DNA of 8,227 nt from Ostreococcus tauri. Taxonomy: Eukaryota. The DNA is taken from NCBI GenBank assembly GCA_000214015.2, contig CAID01000010.2, forward strand, positions 532,706 to 540,932, read 5' to 3'. The notes below the pieces were generated by a model, which saw nothing but the letters and a program-made list of their open reading frames with translations, made no database searches and had not been told where the DNA came from. Both the position numbers and the translations under genes were made by a program. Below, piece by piece: positions 1 through 6,226 of this stretch (position 1 is the stretch's first letter; every line of letters starts with the position of its first letter).

Positions 1-34
1 CGAGACGAGACGACGCGGATGGGTCGGTGCCCGA

Positions 35-42
<8 letters not shown>

Positions 43-69
<27 letters not shown>
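43..69. repeat. (GAC)9 trinucleotide microsatellite
   Basis: Read directly: nine perfect GAC units. It encodes poly-Asp in the frame of ORF 19..432. It encodes nine consecutive Thr (ACG) in the FtsH frame, which stays open upstream of the ATG at 113. Confidence 0.95.
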
Positions 70-70
<1 letters not shown>

Positions 71-98
71 GGCGCGAGGGACGGGACGGGGATCTGGA

Positions 99-112
99 CG
101 CGCGCGCGCGCG
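99..112. repeat. alternating (CG)7 run abutting the ATG at 113
   Basis: Read directly: cgcgcgcgcgcgcg lies immediately 5' of atg at 113-115. This is an alternating purine-pyrimidine (Z-DNA-prone) tract. Confidence 0.9.
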
Positions 113-2500
113 ATGGGCGGTCGACGGTGTGTATTGATCGCGCGCGGGGCGTCGGAGAGGGACGAGGGGGGCGAGGGCGCGGAGGCGGAGGCGGAGGGAC
201 GCCCGGGGGGAGCGACGACGGAGACGAAGGACGGCGACGCGACGAAGGGCGAGGATGGTGCGGAAGGGTCGAAGGTGAAGATGCGACAGAGAGTTGTGGA
301 TTGGGCGACGAACGCGCTGCCGTTCGTGAAGACGAAGAAGAAGTGGGAGAAGATGTTCGCGGAGGCGGACGCGGCGCCGCTGGATCACGGCAAGCAAGAC
401 GCCCTCATGAGAGAGCTGTTGCAGTACGATAGGAATGATGATTTGATCTCGCGATTCGAGACGAGAAAGTACGCGAGCGGACCGGTGTCGGTATTGGCGT
501 ACATGACGGCGCTGGTGCGGACGAACCGTTTGGAGAATTACGCCGTGAGTGGAGACGCGGGGGTTGGGAAGCCGCCGCCCGTCGCCGACCCGGCGGCTCT
601 GGACAAGCTTCCGGATTTACTCGGTGATCTGAGTGAACGCGCCAAGGGAACGGGAGAGTTGGTAGAGTTGGAGACGGGAAAGAGCGCGCAGGCGCCACTG
701 CACATCAACATCGTCGGAAGCGCCGGGCTCGGTCTCCAGCCCCCGAGCGCGGCGAAGCGTTTGCTAAACTGGTTCTTCGGCGTTTTCTTCTTCATTGCCG
801 GCTTGAGCTTTTTAAGCTCGTTCCTCCTACGCCGCGTCGCCGTGCGCGTTATCGAGTCCGGTCCGTCATCCTCGCACATGTCGGGTAGTCACTCGCTCCC
901 GGGGACACCGTCCGGTTCGGATCCGATGTCCGCCGCCGGACTCGGGCCGAACGGGCAGCCGTCGTACGACCCGAAACAGTTCAACAAGGACAACCTTCCG
1001 GAGAAATCCCTGAAGAAGTTTAAGGACGTGAAGGGGTGCGACGAGGCGAAGGAGGAGCTCCAGGAAATCGTGGAGTACCTGCGTAATCCGGACAAGTTCA
1101 CCCGTTTAGGTGGCAAGCTCCCAAAGGGCGTGTTATTGACTGGACCGCCGGGGACGGGTAAGACGCTCCTCGCGCGCGCCGTCGCGGGCGAGGCCGACGT
1201 GCCCTTCTTTTACCGATCCGGGAGTGAATTTGAGGAAATGTTCGTCGGCGTCGGCTCGAAGCGCGTGCGGCAGCTCTTCGCCGCGGCGAAGCGCAAGACG
1301 CCTTGCATCGTGTTCATCGACGAAATCGACTCCATCGGCACGTCGCGTAAATCCGTCGAGAATCAGCACCGAAAGACGTTGAACCAGCTCCTGACCGAGA
1401 TGGACGGGTTTGAACAAAACGAGGGAATCATTGTTCTCGCGGCGACGAACATTCCTGAGGCGCTCGATCCGGCGCTCACGCGTCCAGGACGCTTTGACAG
1501 AATGGTGCACGTGCCAAACCCGGACATAGGGGGCAGGCGAGAGATCTTGGATCACTACCTCCACGACAAGCCGACGACTAGTGACGTCGACGTGGACAAG
1601 ATCGCACGCGGTACCGCCGGATTCAGCGGCGCTGAGCTGTATAACCTGGTGAATATGGCGGCGGTGCAAGCGGCGATGGCAGACGCGCCCGCGATCACGG
1701 CGGCTGACCTCGACTGGGCTCGCGACCGCGTCTTGATGGGTGCCGAGCGCAAATCCGCGGTACTCAGCGAAGAGAACCGTCGTCTCACGGCGTACCACGA
1801 GGCCGGCCACGCCCTCGTCGCGCTGAAGACGGACGCGACGCTTCCCATTCACAAGGCGACCATCATGCCGAGAGGATCGGCGCTCGGAATGGTGATGCAG
1901 CTCCCAGACAAGGACGAGACGAGCGTGAACCGCAAGCAGCTCATGGCTCGCTTGGACGTGTGCATGGGCGGGCGTTTGGCGGAGGAGCTCATCTTCGGTC
2001 CGGATGAAGTCACCACGGGCGCGTCGGGGGATTTGCAGCAGGCGACGCGACTGGCGTTTTACATGATTAGCGACGTCGGGATGAACAGCAACCTCGGCCC
2101 AGTGCACCTTTCGAGCATTCGCGGCGGCGGTGCCGCCGGTCGAGGTGCATCCGGTTCGACGGAATCTGCCGTCGACGCTGAGGTCATCAAGCTTCTCAAG
2201 GAGTCTCAAACTCGCGTGCAGAAGCTCTTAAAGTCAAACGCTCGCGATTTGCACACCATCGCCAAGGCGCTGATGGAGAAGGAGACGCTCACCGGGAACG
2301 AGATTCGCGAGCTCATCGGAATGCCACCGGTGAAGGAACCGGCGCCTATCAAGGCCCGCGCGAGGGCGAAGAAACCCGAACCGACGGTGAAGGAACCAGA
2401 GGTGAAGGAGACGGAGGGTGAGAAGCCAGAGGAAGACGAGGACGACGAGCGAACCATCATAATCGTGATCCAATCAGACGAGGATGAATCCCCAAAATGA
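113..2500 (+). CDS. ATP-dependent zinc metalloprotease, FtsH family (plant FTSH11-like, organellar)
   Basis: 795-aa uninterrupted ORF with ATG at 113 and TGA at 2498-2500. Single hydrophobic TM segment ([23 protein letters not shown], about 766-831). Walker A GPPGTGKT at 1142-1165. Walker B IVFIDEID with DE at 1319-1324. Second region of homology [21 protein letters not shown]41 zinc site HEAGH at 1796-1810. The block [49 protein letters not shown] and the N-terminal domain resemble Arabidopsis FTSH11 as I recall it. The start is uncertain because the frame has no stop between position 2 and 113. Confidence 0.9.
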   Translation: MGGRRCVLIARGASERDEGGEGAEAEAEGRPGGATTETKDGDATKGEDGAEGSKVKMRQRVVDWATNALPFVKTKKKWEKMFAEADAAPLDHGKQDALMRELLQYDRNDDLISRFETRKYASGPVSVLAYMTALVRTNRLENYAVSGDAGVGKPPPVADPAALDKLPDLLGDLSERAKGTGELVELETGKSAQAPLHINIVGSAGLGLQPPSAAKRLLNWFFGVFFFIAGLSFLSSFLLRRVAVRVIESGPSSSHMSGSHSLPGTPSGSDPMSAAGLGPNGQPSYDPKQFNKDNLPEKSLKKFKDVKGCDEAKEELQEIVEYLRNPDKFTRLGGKLPKGVLLTGPPGTGKTLLARAVAGEADVPFFYRSGSEFEEMFVGVGSKRVRQLFAAAKRKTPCIVFIDEIDSIGTSRKSVENQHRKTLNQLLTEMDGFEQNEGIIVLAATNIPEALDPALTRPGRFDRMVHVPNPDIGGRREILDHYLHDKPTTSDVDVDKIARGTAGFSGAELYNLVNMAAVQAAMADAPAITAADLDWARDRVLMGAERKSAVLSEENRRLTAYHEAGHALVALKTDATLPIHKATIMPRGSALGMVMQLPDKDETSVNRKQLMARLDVCMGGRLAEELIFGPDEVTTGASGDLQQATRLAFYMISDVGMNSNLGPVHLSSIRGGGAAGRGASGSTESAVDAEVIKLLKESQTRVQKLLKSNARDLHTIAKALMEKETLTGNEIRELIGMPPVKEPAPIKARARAKKPEPTVKEPEVKETEGEKPEEDEDDERTIIIVIQSDEDESPK

Positions 2501-2558
2501 GCGACGAATCGATCGTTTAGACACAAAAGAACCGCGTGATTGCCCGATTTGTACATGA

Positions 2559-2596
<38 letters not shown>

Positions 2597-2598
2597 GT
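2501..2598. terminator. convergent 3' spacer (98 bp) shared by the FtsH and PsuG genes; presumed 3' UTR / poly(A) region
   Basis: Lies between the TGA at 2498-2500 (+) and the TAA at 2599-2601 (- strand). It is visibly more AT-rich than the flanks. It contains the (AC)15 repeat and a TGTAA on the minus strand (plus ttaca at 2562-2566). Confidence 0.45.
2564..2593. repeat. (AC)15 / (GT)15 dinucleotide microsatellite
   Basis: Counted directly: 30 nt of perfect AC repeat. It starts 64 nt after the FtsH stop and ends 5 nt before the PsuG stop codon on the other strand. Confidence 0.97.
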
Positions 2599-3726
2599 TT
2601 ACGCGCTCACCCCTTTACGCAACTTTGCCAGCTCGACTGCGATTGCCGCGCCGATTCGCGCATTGTTTTTCACCAAAGCGATGTTCGCCTTGAGACTAGC
2701 CCCATCCGTGAGCTCAGCCACGCGCTTTAAGACGTACGGCGTGACTTCCCTACCGATAATCTTACGCGTCTCGATCTCGCGTAGGGCTTGACTCGTCGCC
2801 TGCTCGACGACTTGCCCGAGCGCCTCGTGTTCGCTTGGAATCGGCACCGCAAAGACGCTTCCGTTGCTCAAACCTAGGCGCAAACTGGCGTCGATCACGC
2901 GCGCCGCTTCGAGCGGGGTATCGACGCGCAAAGGAGCCCTCGAGCCACTTGTCCTCGTGAAGAACGCCGGGAACTCATCGACGCCGTACGCGCACACCGT
3001 CGCCCCATGCGTCTCCAGCACCTCGAGCGTTCGCGGCACGTCTAAAATCGACTTCACCCCGGCGCAAATCACCGCCACATTCGTCCGTCCGAGCTCGATC
3101 AAATCCGCGCTCACGTCCATCGTGCTCTCCCCACCTCGATGCACGCCACCGATCCCGCCCGTGACGAACACGTCCACACCCGCCATTCGCGCGAGCGCCA
3201 TGGTTCCGCTCACCGTCGTCGCCGCCGTCGATCCCGTCCCGCACGCGTGCGCGAGATCCCTCCTCGACGCCTTGGCGCACCGCTCCCCTAACTCGGCGAT
3301 ACGTTTCAATTCCGAATCGTTCAGCCCAACGCGGGCGACACCATCGATCACCGCGATCGTGGCCGGCGTCGCCCCGAGCGTTCGCACGAGCGCCTCCACC
3401 TCCAGCGCCGTCTTTAAATTCTCCGGAAACGGCATCCCGTGCGCCACGATCGTGGACTCCAGCGCCACCACCGGCGCGCCCGATCGCAGCGCCGCCTCCA
3501 CCTCGCGCGAACACGTCAGCGGGACGCGCGGCGACGCCCGTGAAGACGACGACGCGACGTTCGACGCACGCGTACCCATCGCGCGCGTTCGCATCATCCC
3601 ACGCGCGGCGTCCTCGCGCCCCGCCGAGGCGTCTTCCCACGGCGCCACCGCGTTCGCGATCGCATCGATCCGTCGTCCCGCGCGAGCGTGCGTCGATTCC
3701 ATCGCGCGGCGTCGCGCTGTGCGCAT
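2599..3726 (-). CDS. psuG: pseudouridine-5'-phosphate glycosidase (PsuG / YeiN / IndA family)
   Basis: Family-typical blocks run along the whole length: PVVALESTIVAHGMPFPEN, ATPATIAVIDG, SRRDL, GSTAATTVSGTM, VFVTGGIGGVHRGGESTMDVSADLIELGRTNVAVICAGVKSILD, TLEVLETHGATV, AVPIPSEHE, GREVTPYVLKRVAELTDGASLKANIALVKNNA. These are collinear with E. coli YeiN as recalled. The track start at 3768 is GTG (plus cac at 3766-3768). The first in-frame ATG is at 3726. Further in-frame ATGs lie at 3702, 3597, 3594 and 3579, so the true start is uncertain. Confidence 0.88.
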   Translation of the reverse strand: MRTARRRAMESTHARAGRRIDAIANAVAPWEDASAGREDAARGMMRTRAMGTRASNVASSSSRASPRVPLTCSREVEAALRSGAPVVALESTIVAHGMPFPENLKTALEVEALVRTLGATPATIAVIDGVARVGLNDSELKRIAELGERCAKASRRDLAHACGTGSTAATTVSGTMALARMAGVDVFVTGGIGGVHRGGESTMDVSADLIELGRTNVAVICAGVKSILDVPRTLEVLETHGATVCAYGVDEFPAFFTRTSGSRAPLRVDTPLEAARVIDASLRLGLSNGSVFAVPIPSEHEALGQVVEQATSQALREIETRKIIGREVTPYVLKRVAELTDGASLKANIALVKNNARIGAAIAVELAKLRKGVSA

Positions 3727-3809
3727 CGCGCGTCGATGTTTTTTCAAACGCCCATCGTCTCGACACACATCCGCGCGCCGTCGCCGCGACGCGCACGCGC
3801 GCGCGAGAG
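3727..3809. promoter_or_regulatory. minimal head-to-head spacer between PsuG and the metaxin-like gene (putative bidirectional promoter)
   Basis: Only 83 bp separate the first possible ATG of PsuG (3726, -) from the first ATG of the + gene (3810). The spacer contains a T6 run and a (CG)5 run at 3796-3805. No promoter motif is recognised, so the call rests on position only. Confidence 0.4.
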
Positions 3810-4925
3810 ATGCCCGCGCCGAGCGTCACGCTATACCTCGCGAGGCCGACGTCGAGCGATGACGCCGCCCTGGGCGAGGTGGAGGATGAGAGACTTCGCG
3901 CGTTGACGCTCGTGAGTTCGATCGAACACGTCGTCGAACGCGTGCGAAGTGGCGCGGCGTCGCCGTCTGGGACGACGCCGTGCGCGGAGATCGATGGAGA
4001 CGTCGATGGAGACGGTACGGGCGCGGTCGTGAGCGAGCGCATCGCGGGACGACGCGCGAGGGAGGCGATTCGAGTGCGAGTGATGGATTGCGACCGGGAC
4101 GCGAGCGCGGACGAGCGCGTCGCGATCGCGGGCGTCACCGCTCTGTGCGACGGGAATCTGCGCGTGGCGGGGGAGTACTTCTCGTGCGTCGATGTCGAGG
4201 GATATCGGGCGTACAAGGCGGAGGTGGCGCGCGCGGTGCCGTTTCCGATGAGCGCGTGGCGGGCGCGGCGGCGGGCGAGCGAAGTTGGACGAGAGCTCGA
4301 GCGGGCGGGCGTAGACGGCGAACGCGCGTGCGCGCTCGCGGTGGAGGCGTACTCGACGCTGAATACTATGGTGGTGAACTCGGAGATGCGAGCGAAGGAG
4401 GGTGAGGCGTATTGGTTGTGCGGGAGCAAACCGAGAAGTTGCGACGCCGCGGCGTACGCGATGTTGAACCATCACGCGCGCTCAAAGTCGTGTGACGCGT
4501 TACGAACGGAGATGAAGCGGTTTCCGCGATTGATTCAATACTTGAACGATGTCACGGAGAGACTGTCGCTGATGGAGAAGACGTTAGTGCGTCGCGCCGA
4601 CGGAGTCGAGCCATCGAGCGGCGCGTTTGTCGACTCCACTTCCTGGGGCGACAGGTACGATGCGAGTCACGCCGAGCGTCGCAAGGGCTGGAAACCACGC
4701 TCGAATGCGACTAAGAAGAAGATGAGCGAGAAAGATATAGAAATGCGCCGAAAGGCTTGGTATTCCGTCGCGTTTGCGGCTGTTTCGGTGGTGGCGTACG
4801 CCGTAGTCGGCGGCTACGTTTCGCTCGACTTTGGAGACGAGGAAGACGAAGAGGAAGAGGACGACCGAGCCGTTTCCGCGAACCTGATGCACGACGACGT
4901 CGATGACGATGAAGACGACGAATAG
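3810..4925 (+). CDS. metaxin-like protein (GST-C-like domain, C-terminal tail anchor, acidic tail); probable mitochondrial outer-membrane SAM/TOB component
   Basis: The track ORF starts at a GTG (3540) and overlaps PsuG. The first ATG in frame is at 3810 (MPAPSVTLYLARP...). A GST-C-type N-capping motif, YWLCGSKPRSCDAAAYAML, lies at 4410-4466 and is followed by LRTEMKRFPRLIQYLNDV. A basic stretch precedes one predicted TM helix, AWYSVAFAAVSVVAYAVVGGYVSL (4755-4826), which is followed by a D/E-rich tail. This layout matches plant metaxin as I recall it: short N-terminal xTLxARx, a GxxPSxxD motif, a KK-rich segment, a TM helix and an acidic C-terminus. The N-terminal half is poorly conserved. 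Confidence 0.62.
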   Translation: MPAPSVTLYLARPTSSDDAALGEVEDERLRALTLVSSIEHVVERVRSGAASPSGTTPCAEIDGDVDGDGTGAVVSERIAGRRAREAIRVRVMDCDRDASADERVAIAGVTALCDGNLRVAGEYFSCVDVEGYRAYKAEVARAVPFPMSAWRARRRASEVGRELERAGVDGERACALAVEAYSTLNTMVVNSEMRAKEGEAYWLCGSKPRSCDAAAYAMLNHHARSKSCDALRTEMKRFPRLIQYLNDVTERLSLMEKTLVRRADGVEPSSGAFVDSTSWGDRYDASHAERRKGWKPRSNATKKKMSEKDIEMRRKAWYSVAFAAVSVVAYAVVGGYVSLDFGDEEDEEEEDDRAVSANLMHDDVDDDEDDE

Positions 4926-4964
4926 CACTGCGTTTACTAATATTCTTACAACAAAACTCCCACA
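4926..4964. terminator. convergent 3' spacer (39 bp) between the metaxin-like gene and the RS-rich gene
   Basis: Lies between the TAG at 4923-4925 (+) and the TGA at 4965-4967 (- strand). Hand count gives 14 of 39 bases as G/C, far below the flanking coding DNA. There is a TGTAA on the minus strand (plus ttaca at 4946-4950), 15 nt past the minus-strand stop. Confidence 0.45.
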
Positions 4965-5873
4965 TCAACGACGCATGCAACAGCCGAAGAGTAAACTGCT
5001 CATTTTCACAAAAAATGTCGGCTCAACCTTTTTATGCGCGTGCGCGAGCCGAGCCGCTTTAACGCGCATTTGATTCTCCTTCTTGTAGTCCATCCGTTTT
5101 CTTACGGTCTTCACCGGATCATCGCCCGTGATTGCTCTGCTGAATTCGGCGGCCAACTCATCCACTTTGGAGGCGGGCTTCGACTGCGCGGCAAGCTCGC
5201 GCCTGAGCCTGTCCTTCTTTTCACGCTTCGCCTTGAGCGCTTTCTCGTACTCAAGCTTCGCCGTCTCGTACTTCTCCACGACTTTTTTTGGCACGACCGC
5301 CGAGCCGATCTGATGCGCGTTCGTCTCCTCCTTCATCCTTTTGGTATCGAGCTCGTCCTCATCCCAAATCGGCGGCTTCTCCTCGCCAAACATGCCCATC
5401 ATATCACCGAACCCCCCGTTCTCCACGCTGAGCCCACCCGCGGTCGATCCCCCTACGGTGGTGCTCCGCTCATCCGCGAAATCCGGATCGACGCTATCCG
5501 TGCTCGCCATCGACCGTCGACTCGACGACCGACTCGGCGCCCGGCTCGACGCTCGCGAGCCGTGTCTCGACCTCGAGCGCGACCTCGAGCTCGACCTCGA
5601 TATCGATCGACTCGATATCCCCGCGTCCATTCGCGCCTGATCAATCTTATCTCTCAACTTATCCAGCTCAGCCCTGGTGATCTCGATCGCCTCGTCCTCC
5701 TCCGCGAACGCGTCCGCGCTCGCGCCGCTCCCGTCCCGCCCCCGCCTCGACCCCCGGAGCGATTTCCTGCTCAAATCCCGTCGCCGTCCATCATCGCCGT
5801 CTTCATCGTCGGATTCCCACGTCCCAAACTCCCGCGTCGCGGACCGTCCGCGCCGGTCGACGCGCGAGCTCAT
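4965..5873 (-). CDS. hypothetical Arg/Ser-rich coiled-coil protein (302 aa)
   Basis: True ATG (plus cat at 5871-5873). Layout, N- to C-terminal: an acidic/basic mixed-charge N-terminus; an RS tract SSRSISRSSSRSRSRSRHGSRASSRAPSRSSSRRS (5511-5615); a K/E-rich predicted coiled coil (KKVVEKYETAKLEYEKALKAKREKKDRLRRELAA); and a hydrophobic end, FFVKMSSLLFGCCMRR. Its amino-acid composition is much more protein-like than that of the antisense ORF 5034..6101. I recognise no family. Confidence 0.6.
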   Translation of the reverse strand: MSSRVDRRGRSATREFGTWESDDEDGDDGRRRDLSRKSLRGSRRGRDGSGASADAFAEEDEAIEITRAELDKLRDKIDQARMDAGISSRSISRSSSRSRSRSRHGSRASSRAPSRSSSRRSMASTDSVDPDFADERSTTVGGSTAGGLSVENGGFGDMMGMFGEEKPPIWDEDELDTKRMKEETNAHQIGSAVVPKKVVEKYETAKLEYEKALKAKREKKDRLRRELAAQSKPASKVDELAAEFSRAITGDDPVKTVRKRMDYKKENQMRVKAARLAHAHKKVEPTFFVKMSSLLFGCCMRR

Positions 5874-6070
5874 CGACGCTCGAGCGAATCGTCGGCGTCC
5901 CGTGCCCCGCGCGTGCGATCGCGCGCGTCCACCGTCGGCACCGCGCGAGCGACCGCGCGCGCGAGCTCACCGCCGCGATCGATCTCGCCGTCGGTCGCGG
6001 CGACGCGGCGTCCTCCGCGGGCGTCGCGCGCGTCGACGTCGCGTCGCCTCGGGATTGGGTGTTCACTTCC

Positions 6071-6110
6071 GGGTGTGTGGGTGCGGGTTTTTAGGGTTTA
6101 GGGTGTAGGG
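6071..6110 (+). other. G-quadruplex-forming motif: six GGG tracts with 3-6 nt loops
   Basis: Read directly: GGG at 6071-73, 6079-81, 6085-87, 6094-96, 6101-03 and 6108-10. The loops are tgtgt, tgc, ttttta, ttta and tgta. This satisfies the canonical G3+N1-7 x4 rule with two spare tracts. Confidence 0.55.
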
Positions 6111-6112
6111 TT
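6085..6112 (+). repeat. interstitial plant-type telomere repeat (telo-box-like): GGGTT TTTAGGG TTTAGGG TGTAGGG TT
   Basis: Read directly: TTTAGGG at 6090-6096 and 6097-6103, and the variant TGTAGGG at 6104-6110. The reverse complement contains AAACCCTAA, the plant telo-box core. It lies 115 bp upstream of the ATG at 6227 and 212 bp upstream of the ATG at 5873. Confidence 0.8.
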
Positions 6113-6226
6113 CGGCCCGACCCCCCCGAGGCGAGCGTTTTTCGAGCGTTACGTCCGCGACGACGACGCGGCGTCGACGCACACGTCCGCGCGCGAGAGC
6201 ACCGCGCGCGCGCACCGGCGCGAACG

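Larger units (their letters stand above)
5874..6226. promoter_or_regulatory. 353-bp divergent intergenic region (putative bidirectional promoter) between the RS-rich gene and the small acidic ORF
   Basis: Flanked by ATGs pointing outward at 5873 (-) and 6227 (+). The ORFs the track places inside it start at GTG (6066 -, 5677 +) and are low-complexity. It contains the G-tract / telomere-like element and a C7 run at 6121-6127. Confidence 0.5.

Noticed and set aside
19-432. 137-aa ORF (MGRCPSDGDDDDDDDDDGREG...) overlapping the 5' end of the FtsH gene
   Set aside because: It is pure low complexity (poly-D, G/R/E runs) produced by the GAC and GGA/GGC repeats read in another frame. It overlaps a confidently identified gene and has no recognisable domain.
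2153-2159. GGTTCGA string (also TTCGAATC at 7311-7318) resembling a tRNA T-loop
   Set aside because: Both lie inside well-supported coding frames. Neither has a flanking acceptor or anticodon stem complementarity that I could find. No tRNA is called.
1133-2209. 358-aa antisense ORF inside the FtsH gene (plus 1555..1848, 405..698, 538..879, 889..1116)
   Set aside because: It lies opposite a CDS with unmistakable AAA+/M41 motifs. Its composition is Arg/His/Val-rich, as expected from reading GC-rich coding DNA backwards. Long stop-free antisense frames are expected at this GC content.
2564-2593. Regular short repeats, (AC)15 and (GAC)9, as a possible CRISPR-like or other array
   Set aside because: They are simple mono-unit microsatellites without spacers. 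No repeat-spacer periodicity exists anywhere in the window.
3646-3672. RIDAIANAV in the PsuG N-terminal extension as a PTS2 peroxisomal signal
   Set aside because: The PTS2 consensus is (R/K)(L/V/I)x5(H/Q)(L/A). Here position 8 is Ala and position 9 is Val, so it does not match.
3540-3809. N-terminal 90 residues of track ORF 3540..4925, and residues 1-14 of track ORF 2599..3768
   Set aside because: Both begin at GTG (checked in the sequence) and would make the two divergent genes overlap by 229 bp. For a eukaryotic nuclear gene, the first ATGs (3810 and 3726 or later) are the credible starts.
2864-4429. Long ORFs 2864..3862 (+), 2975..4429 (-), 3831..4475 (-) and 3980..4405 (+), which span or overlap PsuG and the metaxin-like gene
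   Set aside because: Their composition is Ala/Arg/Ser/Pro-rich low complexity, in frames alternative to genes with family-level motifs. One crosses the divergent promoter. They are GC-driven stop-codon paucity, not genes.
5034-6101. 355-aa plus-strand ORF antisense to the RS-rich gene and running through the promoter (also 5677..6108, 5803..6066, 5341..5640, 5453..5644)
   Set aside because: Its composition is leucine/arginine/proline-rich and unlike a real protein. Several of these ORFs start at GTG. The minus-strand frame gives a coherent RS plus coiled-coil protein with a true ATG.
6085-6112. TTTAGGG repeats as a true chromosome end or a telomere-fusion scar
   Set aside because: There are only about three units, one of them degenerate. 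Intact genes flank the repeats on both sides within a few hundred bp, and no subtelomeric repeat structure is visible. They are interpreted instead as an interstitial telo-box-like element.
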